Source: Dehalococcoidales bacterium
GTDB taxonomy: Bacteria > Chloroflexota > Dehalococcoidia > Dehalococcoidales > UBA2162
DNA length: 33,941 nt
Assembly (NCBI GenBank): GCA_030648675.1
Contig: JAUSGV010000066.1
Span: 1-33,941, forward strand
Direction of reading: 5' to 3'
In this document: positions 23,730 to 31,028 of the stretch, piece after piece
Numbering within the stretch: position 1 is the first letter of the stretch
Layout of the letters: every line of letters begins with the position of its first letter
The notes under the pieces: model-generated
What the model was told of the DNA's origin: nothing
Databases searched by the model: none
The model's input: the letters and a program-made list of their open reading frames with translations, nothing else
Position numbers and translations under genes: made by a program

Positions 23730-24539
23730 TCATTTTATTATCGGTTGGACACCCGCCGGGGTTTTGTCCTGGCTCTGAGCTTTTGGCTCCTTGCGTTTGA
23801 AAGTCTCCGCGAACCACAGGGGGTAATGCTGTCTCGCATAGGATTCGGACACTTTGCCGTCGAGCATAGAGCTTAACGATTCATCGGTTCTGGGATGCAG
23901 CATGCTCATGTACAGGTGCACGGTAAACATGACAGAGACAACTACAAAAGCCAGCGCGTGCGTGAACGAAGCCCAAAGATACAAACTGGTTTCACCCCGC
24001 CCCTTGAAAAACCATAAAAAGAGACCTGTGGGCAAAAGCACTGCCGCGGTAATAACGACAATCAATTGCCACAATTTCTGCCCGCCGTTGATGCGCCTTT
24101 GCGGCGGCATTTCGTCGCTGGTACCGAAATAATAGCTCAATGCTGATTTCACCCACGCTATATCGTCTTTCCCCCAACGGAATGTCTCCTTAATAAAATC
24201 AGCGGTGAGCCTGGGATTGGAAATCAAAAAGATCGTTGGCACTATGGCAAAAAATATCCCTGCAATAATATGGACCGCTCTTATGTCGTTTTTTCCGTTG
24301 GCATCGAGCAGATTAAAAAATAAAAGGGCCCCGGTTACGGTTAGAAAAACAAAGGCTATCGTATGGAGCCAGTGAGTTAAAATAGCCGCCTTCCCGAACC
24401 GCACCACTGTCCTTTTCTCGGTTCCCGCTGCCAATCTGGTTCTTCTGTTCACGATGGCGAAGTTAACCGAAATGCAGATAAAGCTGATTGCGAGTAGGGC
24501 GATTTCCAGCCATCTAAGGCCGGTAAACAAACGGTCCAT
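23730..24539 (-). CDS. Di-heme cytochrome b, FdnI / Ni-Fe-hydrogenase b-type subunit family (Ni_hydr_CYTB-like)
   Basis: 269 aa with 4-5 TM helices. Candidate heme-ligand His residues are in ILTHWLHTIAF, AVHIIAG, FTHALAF and VHLYMSMLHP. The family-typical INGGQK loop is present. Confidence 0.75.
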   Translation of the reverse strand: MDRLFTGLRWLEIALLAISFICISVNFAIVNRRTRLAAGTEKRTVVRFGKAAILTHWLHTIAFVFLTVTGALLFFNLLDANGKNDIRAVHIIAGIFFAIVPTIFLISNPRLTADFIKETFRWGKDDIAWVKSALSYYFGTSDEMPPQRRINGGQKLWQLIVVITAAVLLPTGLFLWFFKGRGETSLYLWASFTHALAFVVVSVMFTVHLYMSMLHPRTDESLSSMLDGKVSESYARQHYPLWFAETFKRKEPKAQSQDKTPAGVQPIIK

Positions 24540-24551
24540 AATCTTCTCATC

Positions 24552-24989
24552 CTAATCTAAAGGCAGCTTTACCTTGCTTAGCCAGAAATCTAGTAAAGAA
24601 CGTACGACGTCTGTCAGGGTGCCCAGATCCAAAGGTTTCACCAGATAACAATTGGCACAAAGATCGTAACAGGTCGAAACGTCCACGGGGGAACTCGACC
24701 CTGTCAACACAATCACCGGTATCCTCTTGAATTTAGGCGAAGATTTTAATTCAGCCAGCAATTCACGCCCATCGTAACGCGGCAAATTTAAATCAAGTAT
24801 GATAATTGCCGGCCTCGGAGAACCTTGTGATTCCATTTGATGGTTTAGAAAATCTGTGGCTTCGATGCCGTCCCGGGCCACATGAACGACTACATCCGGC
24901 CGGAATTCTTTTATTATGTCGGTTATGAGTACGACATCTCCCGGATTGTCTTCGACAAGCAGGACGTCTACATTCGGTTCATCCGGCAT
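24552..24989 (-). CDS. Single-domain (CheY/Rcp1-like) response regulator
   Basis: 145 aa with LLVEDNPGD, acceptor IILDLNLP, LTGS and VKP. GGGAGG lies upstream. It overlaps the 3' end of the upstream kinase gene by 11 nt. Confidence 0.9.
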   Translation of the reverse strand: MPDEPNVDVLLVEDNPGDVVLITDIIKEFRPDVVVHVARDGIEATDFLNHQMESQGSPRPAIIILDLNLPRYDGRELLAELKSSPKFKRIPVIVLTGSSSPVDVSTCYDLCANCYLVKPLDLGTLTDVVRSLLDFWLSKVKLPLD

Positions 24990-26445
24990 TCCTTGTGCCT
25001 CCCGGATTTACCGGCAGGGTGAAAGTAAATGTCGACCCCTTGTCCGGTTGCGAATCCACATAAACTTGCCCACCGTGACTTTCGATTATTTTTTTTACAA
25101 TTGCCAGACCGGTCCCGGTTCCCGGGTACTTGCCTCTCGCTTGTAGCTGTTGGAATAAAACGAATAAACGGGAAGAGAATTTCGGATCGATACCGATCCC
25201 GTTGTCCTTTACGGAAAAGGCCCATTCGTGCTTTTCTTCATCCTTCCAGGCCGAAACGTGTATTTGCGGAGTTTGTTCACCATGGAATTTGATTGCGTTA
25301 TCGATCAGGTGCTGTAATGCCCGTGCGATAAGCGTTCCATCGGCACGGATTACCGGGAGCGGATCGTGCGTTACAATCGCCCCGGTTTCCTTTACCTCGT
25401 TTTTAAGCCGCTCCATAATTTCACGGAACACGGTTTCCATATTCACGTCTTCGAATTGCCCATCGTGGCCGGCACGTGAATACGCTAAAAGGTCGTCTAT
25501 CAGTCTTTCCATCCGGGCAGCATTACTTACGATATACCCTATGTATTCATCAGCATCGGCCCCCAGTTTATCTTTGTAATGTTTTTCTAACATCTGGGAA
25601 AAGCTCGTTACCATGCGCAGCGGCTCCTTCAAATCATGTGACGCCGCATTGGCATACATCCTCAATTGCCTTTCGGCTTCAGCCAATTTCCTGTGGGCCG
25701 CTTCAAGTTCTGCCTTCGAGGCGATGACGTTTTTTAGATTTTCCGTCATCCGGTTGAAAGCCCGTGACAGGTCGGCGAACTCGTCATTTCCGGAAACAGG
25801 AATTACGTAGTCCAGATTACCTGAACCTACGATCTGGGGCCCAACAATCACTTTTGCAAGAGAACCTAATATCCGGCGGTTTATCAGTAACGCGTTGATA
25901 TATATCCCTATCCCGAAGATCAGGAATAAACCTAGCATCATTAAATTGTTAGTTTGCCTTAGTCTGTCGGATTTTTCATGTATTAAAAAATGAAGTCGAA
26001 TAATGTCCGTAACCATAGCCTGACTTTGTGCCTGCATCCGGCTCCACAACGTGCGAACGTACGCCAGATCGTTTAATGCAGACGGATTGGCATCAACATA
26101 GGATTGTATGTCGGAAAGTACTGCCAGAAATCTTTTCTGGTTCGCATTAGCTTCATCAACCAGACTTTGTTCTAACGCAGATTCCGCTTTAAAACGAGAA
26201 AGGTTGTCGGAAACGGCGTTTGTCTTTAACCTTAATAATTCGAGTTGGGAAGGGTATTGGAAAAGCAAATAGGCATTGGTGAGATAGGCGATCTCCTGGG
26301 CGTTTTGCTGAATACTCTCCGTCATACGCAGGTCAGTCTGGACTCTTTGTGCCCGGTTGTTCCAAAAAATTACTACACACACCGCTATCAGGACCATGAT
26401 AGCCCCAATAGAGGTACTTATATAAAACCGCGTCCTTACTCGCAC
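24979..26445 (-). CDS. Membrane sensor histidine kinase (TM - helical periplasmic domain - TM - HAMP - HisKA - HATPase_c)
   Basis: 488 aa with a GTG start 9 nt after the stop of the binding-protein gene. The HAMP domain reads DEFADLSRAFNRMTENL. The H-box is ASHDLKEPLRM. N, G1 and G2 boxes are present (DNAIKF, DNGIGI, GTGLAI). Confidence 0.9.
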   Translation of the reverse strand: MRVRTRFYISTSIGAIMVLIAVCVVIFWNNRAQRVQTDLRMTESIQQNAQEIAYLTNAYLLFQYPSQLELLRLKTNAVSDNLSRFKAESALEQSLVDEANANQKRFLAVLSDIQSYVDANPSALNDLAYVRTLWSRMQAQSQAMVTDIIRLHFLIHEKSDRLRQTNNLMMLGLFLIFGIGIYINALLINRRILGSLAKVIVGPQIVGSGNLDYVIPVSGNDEFADLSRAFNRMTENLKNVIASKAELEAAHRKLAEAERQLRMYANAASHDLKEPLRMVTSFSQMLEKHYKDKLGADADEYIGYIVSNAARMERLIDDLLAYSRAGHDGQFEDVNMETVFREIMERLKNEVKETGAIVTHDPLPVIRADGTLIARALQHLIDNAIKFHGEQTPQIHVSAWKDEEKHEWAFSVKDNGIGIDPKFSSRLFVLFQQLQARGKYPGTGTGLAIVKKIIESHGGQVYVDSQPDKGSTFTFTLPVNPGGTRNAG

Positions 26446-26454
26446 ATCCGGTAC

Positions 26455-27462
26455 CTAACGAATGATGGTCACTGCCGACCGATTCACGGCCCTAAGCGCG
26501 TCAAGGTAAAAGAAAGCCGCGAAATCAGGAATTTTGTTTGGAGACACCAAACCGGCTTCACTCATCCATTTCGCTTCATCGTTCATTATCGCGACCACGG
26601 CGAGGTCCAATGACAACATAAAACGGGTTAACGGCCATTCGGTTTCGATATATCCGGAATCGAGGTTTTGCTGCTTTGCTATTATCGTTTTCGCGTCTGT
26701 CGGCTGATTTAAAATAAACTGTTCGGCTGCATCTATTGCTCTGAGGTACTTTTCTACTAATTCTTCATAGGCAGTTATCCGATCCGCGCGTGCTACGGCT
26801 AGTCTGTAGCTTGTTTGATTACCCTGTGCCGGCCAGGTCAGAATGTCGGATTGCGGTTCAAGCTGATTTACGTAAATTCTCGAAAAAACTACTGCACTTA
26901 ACTCGCCGGCGTTGTAGTAATTAATCAATTGTGTCTGCGTGCCGTTAACAACAGTTATGTCCCTTAAACTAAGCCCGTTACGCTCCAAAAGGCGGCTCAA
27001 ATAGAATAAATTAACCGTGTCCGTGTTTACGCCAACCCTTTGGCCCTTTAAGGCAACAACCCCATCAATTCCGCTGCTTTTTCGAGCGGCCAATAATACC
27101 CCTTCGTATTTACTGTCGCTCGCAATTACTCTTACCGGTTGATTATCCAGGATGTTCCTGACCATTATGAATTCGGTCACGTAAGCGATATCCAAATTTC
27201 CTTCTGCCAGGGCGGCGGAAGCCTGAGTTCCCGTTTCGAAGCGTGTGAAAGTTACATTCAGGCCGTTGGCAGCAAAATATCCCTGGGCGTCAGCTATCAC
27301 TGCCGGACCGGCGGTAAGGTCTTTGAGGATGCCGACTCGTATAGATTCAACGGTTACCGGTTGGCCGTTTTGAGAACATGCCGTCCCTCCGGACGCTGCA
27401 AATAGTAGTGCCGCCGCGGCAACGGCTATTGTTTGAGTAATTTTGTAAACGTAACACCTCAT
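26455..27462 (-). CDS. Periplasmic substrate-binding lipoprotein, NMT1/SsuA/TauA-like (NitT/TauT family), no permease or ATPase partner
   Basis: 335 aa. The signal peptide has a lipobox-like AASGGTA-C. The type-2 PBP sequence pattern (IRVGIL...GNLDIAYV...ALKGQRVGV) matches the family. Its ATG overlaps the upstream kinase stop (ATGA). Confidence 0.75.
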   Translation of the reverse strand: MRCYVYKITQTIAVAAAALLFAASGGTACSQNGQPVTVESIRVGILKDLTAGPAVIADAQGYFAANGLNVTFTRFETGTQASAALAEGNLDIAYVTEFIMVRNILDNQPVRVIASDSKYEGVLLAARKSSGIDGVVALKGQRVGVNTDTVNLFYLSRLLERNGLSLRDITVVNGTQTQLINYYNAGELSAVVFSRIYVNQLEPQSDILTWPAQGNQTSYRLAVARADRITAYEELVEKYLRAIDAAEQFILNQPTDAKTIIAKQQNLDSGYIETEWPLTRFMLSLDLAVVAIMNDEAKWMSEAGLVSPNKIPDFAAFFYLDALRAVNRSAVTIIR

Positions 27463-29543
27463 GACAAAACTTGCTCCTGGCTCCCTGTTTCCTTTTCGGT
27501 ATTATTGATAGCAACGGTAAAATAGAAAGTCGATCCTTTGCCTGGCTCCGACTCTACCCAGACGCGTCCTCCGTGCCTTTGCACTACGCGTTTGGTTATA
27601 GCCAGGCCCATGCCTGAGCCGGGGTACTCCTCCTGGGGATTTAATCTGCTGAAAATCACAAACAAACGGCCAAACAACTCTTGAGATATGCCGATCCCAT
27701 TGTCTTTGACATAAAAAATCCATTCGCTGTCTTTTTTGTACGAAACACGTACCACCGGCTGCTCTCCCTGGCAGTGGAATTTGATGGCATTTGAAATTAA
27801 ATTTTGCAGAACCTGAGCCATCTGCGCCGGGTCCGCCTCGATCTCGGGCAGTTTGTCGTGAGTTATTGTTGCGCCGGTTTCTTCGATACTTACCTTAAGG
27901 TTTACTAAAACATCCTGAAACACCCTTTCCATGTCGACTTGCTGGAACGGTAATGTCTGTGTTGCCACCCTGGAAAATATCAGCAAATCGTCTAGCAGCC
28001 TCTGCATGCGCGCGGCTCCGTTGACGACGAATTCGACATACTCTCTTGCCCTTGCGTCCAGTTTGTCCTCCAGGTATTTTGCTAAAGACTGGCTGAAACT
28101 GGTCATCATTCGCAGCGGCTCGCGCAAGTCATGAGACGCCGCGTAAACGAACTGCTGTAGTTGGGCGTTAGCTTCCTCAAGTTTGACGGAATATTCCTTG
28201 AGCTTAACTTCCGCCTTCTTCCGTTCGGTGATGTCTACGCTTATTGAGATGGCGTAGGTTTTCCCGCCAATGGTAATCTGTTCGCTCGAGGAAAGCACGG
28301 ATATGAGTTTGCCCGTCTTGGTCCTTACGCTAAACTCACGGTTAATCATCTTGCCCGTCTCAAGAAAGTCCTGGATGCCTGCCGCCCGCTGCTCCGCATT
28401 TGGGAACATGCCCAGCTCGACGGAGGTATGGCCAACTATCTCTTCCCGGTTGTATTCCGTCAGCCTTAAGAAGCTATCGTTCACTTCGGTCCAGCGCCCG
28501 TCAGGGAGAGAAGCAATCGTCATCGCCAAGGGGCTGGATTGGAAAGTCTTGAAGAACCTTTCCTCGCTTTCCTTGAGTGCTTGCTCCGCTTTCTTGTGGG
28601 CTGTTATATCAACTAATATGCCCCGAACCCCCTGGACCTCGGCATTTTTGATTGCAAGACTGTGTACAAGTGCCGGGAATTGCGTCCCGTCCCGCCTTTT
28701 TATTAAGTACTCATTTGCACCGGCATCTTCGCCGCGAAGGACTCGCGCGAAACTGCTCCTGGCCGTAACGACGTAAGCTGGAGAAAAGATATCGAACAGA
28801 CTCAAACCCTTTTTGACTTCCTCTTCACTGGACCCCAATAAAGCCAGCATCCGGCGATTGGTATAAGTTAACGCACCGCTTGTATCAGTTTCATATATTC
28901 CTTCGGATAGAGCGTCGGCAAGTTCGCGAAATCTCTGTTCGCTTTCTTTCAAGGCTGTTTCAGCTTTTTTTTGCTCGGTCACGTCCATGATTGCCAGTCT
29001 GCATTGGCGTTGCCCGCCGACTTCCGGAGTCCACCCGATCCGCGCACTGACCGCAAAAACGCTGCCGCTGCTCTTATGCATCTGGTATTCACATGCGATC
29101 AACGCTTTCGACTTTTCAGCATTCTGTAAGCACAGATAAAAGGTATCCGTATAGGCCGGCAAAAGGTATCTGGTAAAGACATCGTTAAGCAGGTCCTGTC
29201 TGCTCAACCCCAGCATGGTACATCCGGTCAAGTTGACCTCAAGAATGCGATAATCGGGTGCCAGCGTAAAATAGCCGACTGGCGCGAAGTCAAATAACTC
29301 TCTATAATCGTCGCGCGATTTCTCCAGTTCCTTGCTGATCCGCTGTAACGACTCGTTCTGCGTGGCGAGCTGAATCTGGTGCACGTTTAATTCCTGGACT
29401 ACTTCTTCGATTTTTTCGGCCGGCATTTCAGAAACATCGAGCGGGATTTTCTCCGCTTGAGCTTCTGCCCGCTGGCGGGCGCTGATTTCCGTATCGTTTG
29501 ACGATTCTTTGAGTTTTGTTTTACTTCCGTTCGAATTTTTCAT
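27459..29543 (-). CDS. Cytoplasmic multi-PAS sensor histidine kinase (coiled coil + 3 PAS + HisKA + HATPase_c)
   Basis: 694 aa with no TM segment. There are three PAS-like repeats, each followed by (V/I)D(V/I)T(E/A)(Q/H/R)KKAE. The H-box is ASHDLREPLRM. The ATPase N/G boxes are SNAIKF, DNGIGI and GSGMGLAI. Confidence 0.9.
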   Translation of the reverse strand: MKNSNGSKTKLKESSNDTEISARQRAEAQAEKIPLDVSEMPAEKIEEVVQELNVHQIQLATQNESLQRISKELEKSRDDYRELFDFAPVGYFTLAPDYRILEVNLTGCTMLGLSRQDLLNDVFTRYLLPAYTDTFYLCLQNAEKSKALIACEYQMHKSSGSVFAVSARIGWTPEVGGQRQCRLAIMDVTEQKKAETALKESEQRFRELADALSEGIYETDTSGALTYTNRRMLALLGSSEEEVKKGLSLFDIFSPAYVVTARSSFARVLRGEDAGANEYLIKRRDGTQFPALVHSLAIKNAEVQGVRGILVDITAHKKAEQALKESEERFFKTFQSSPLAMTIASLPDGRWTEVNDSFLRLTEYNREEIVGHTSVELGMFPNAEQRAAGIQDFLETGKMINREFSVRTKTGKLISVLSSSEQITIGGKTYAISISVDITERKKAEVKLKEYSVKLEEANAQLQQFVYAASHDLREPLRMMTSFSQSLAKYLEDKLDARAREYVEFVVNGAARMQRLLDDLLIFSRVATQTLPFQQVDMERVFQDVLVNLKVSIEETGATITHDKLPEIEADPAQMAQVLQNLISNAIKFHCQGEQPVVRVSYKKDSEWIFYVKDNGIGISQELFGRLFVIFSRLNPQEEYPGSGMGLAITKRVVQRHGGRVWVESEPGKGSTFYFTVAINNTEKETGSQEQVLS

Positions 29544-29558
29544 GACCTTCCGCTCAAG

Positions 29559-30620
29559 CTAGGAATAAACGATCTTCTTGCCGAAGTAATCCAGGAGAAC
29601 GGCAAACACGAATTGAATAATGAGCAGGACCAGATACAAATAGGCGGCCGGGGAAGCCAGCACTATCTCCGGGCTGGTGAGCCTCCAGAGAAACAGGCCC
29701 AATATAGCGATAAACAAGAAAACGCTCAGGCTGAATTTATAATTGAATTTTCGCGATACCTGGTTTTCATAACTGACTGCCCACCCGATAAGTCCGGTGA
29801 AGATACTTACAGGTAAAGTAACCAACCCCAACAAAAGCAGGTACAGGGTTATCTGGTCGAAAATGCTTTTGCCAAGAAGTATCCATGCTGCGAAAGAAAA
29901 AGGGGCAACAACCGTGTAAGCAACCGTCAAATGGACCAGTGAAGTATGCGGCTTGAGGCTGTCGATCTTGCGGAATAGTTTGTGTTGAGCTGTCTCCTTT
30001 AAAGCAAGAAAACCGACGATAGGCAGCCGCGCCATCACCTCTTCGCCGTGCGGCGCCGGCAGAATTGCTTCAGTTAGGTCAATCCCGGCGCGGTGCTTTG
30101 CGCTGTGCAGGCCCTCTTTCCAACGTCTGCTGCCCGTCGCGTCAAACACCTGTCCTTTGAAGGCCACATAGGCTGCCCTGCCCTCTTTGCCGTCGGAACC
30201 GGCAAGTTCTTCAACGGAGAATGCGGTTTCCCTGCCCGCCCTCCTTGCTATCGCGTAGCGGATAGTCCTGACCAGCGTGTTGGCATCGATTTTTCCTTTA
30301 ACGAGGTAATCCTGCGCCCCCCGCCGGACCGTGCTGACGGCAAAAGTATCGTCATCGAGGCCGGTAAGGATAATAATTGGCAACACCGGAGCCACCGATT
30401 GAACGCGGGTAAAAGTCGTCGAACGCTGCGGGCTGTCTGGCAGGCCGAGGTCGAGTAATACGATGCTGTACCGGTTATCCGAAAGACTGTCGATGCCGCT
30501 TTTCAGAGTCTGTTTCCAGTCTACGGTAAAAGCCATGCCCGCGGCTTCGGCAAGCATATCCTCGATGAGGCGGGCATCTCCAGGGTTGTCCTCAATGAGA
30601 AGAACCCGTATATTTTCCAT
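29559..30620 (-). CDS. Response-regulator receiver fused to a cytochrome-b5-like (COG4892-type heme/steroid-binding) domain and a 4-TM DUF2231-like membrane domain
   Basis: The start is moved to ATG 30620 (MENIRVLLIEDNPGD), which has AGGAG 5 nt upstream. The track start at 30737 has no SD. REC motifs are EDNPGD, VLLDLGLPD, ILTG and VKGK. The middle region FSVEELAGSDGKEGRAAYVAFKGQVFDATGSRRWKEGLHSAKHRAGIDLTEAILPAPHGEEVMARLPIVG matches the COG4892 / cyt-b5-like pattern. The C-terminus has HTSLVHLTVAY plus four hydrophobic helices. Confidence 0.75.
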   Translation of the reverse strand: MENIRVLLIEDNPGDARLIEDMLAEAAGMAFTVDWKQTLKSGIDSLSDNRYSIVLLDLGLPDSPQRSTTFTRVQSVAPVLPIIILTGLDDDTFAVSTVRRGAQDYLVKGKIDANTLVRTIRYAIARRAGRETAFSVEELAGSDGKEGRAAYVAFKGQVFDATGSRRWKEGLHSAKHRAGIDLTEAILPAPHGEEVMARLPIVGFLALKETAQHKLFRKIDSLKPHTSLVHLTVAYTVVAPFSFAAWILLGKSIFDQITLYLLLLGLVTLPVSIFTGLIGWAVSYENQVSRKFNYKFSLSVFLFIAILGLFLWRLTSPEIVLASPAAYLYLVLLIIQFVFAVLLDYFGKKIVYS

Positions 30621-30943
30621 GCTGCTCCTGGACGGACTCACCTGTGCCGCGAAAAAACCATCGGAGAGCAGGTGCTGCCAAGATAATTCTAGACCTATTC
30701 CCGTTGCAGAGTCATAAAATCTGAATTCATAGACCATAAAGATTTTGTAACATTTTCATTTCTGTCCGTTGTTGTCTATAGTTGACTAATTCGCTTCGCG
30801 GGCTGATCCGAAAAATCAGGACCAATTACTTCTGCTGGAATTCAAGCCCCATTTCGCTATATACTATAGAAACTATGAACACCATCCATATTCTGTTGCG
30901 TGCCCACAATTTGGCCGGCAGAGACAAACTCATCCTTACCGTC

Positions 30944-30995
30944 CCCTCACCTTTTTAATTTCCCTCTCCCTCGATGGGAGAGGTGTAGGTGAGGG
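30944..30995. repeat. Nested C-rich/G-rich double hairpin element
   Basis: Outer stem CCCTCACCT (30944-30952) / AGGTGAGGG (30987-30995). Inner stem CCTCTCCC (30963-30970) / GGGAGAGG (30976-30983). The track ORF 30936..31139(-) is just its translation. Confidence 0.6.
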
Positions 30996-31028
30996 TGAAG
31001 CTAATTTCAAATACGGTAAGGAAGGAGT

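Noticed and set aside
30621-30737. The 39-codon N-terminal extension of the REC-cytb5 gene (track start 30737).
   Set aside because: There is no SD before 30737, whereas ATG 30620 has AGGAG at the correct spacing and begins exactly at the receiver fold (MENIRVLLIEDNPGD). The extension has no recognisable features.
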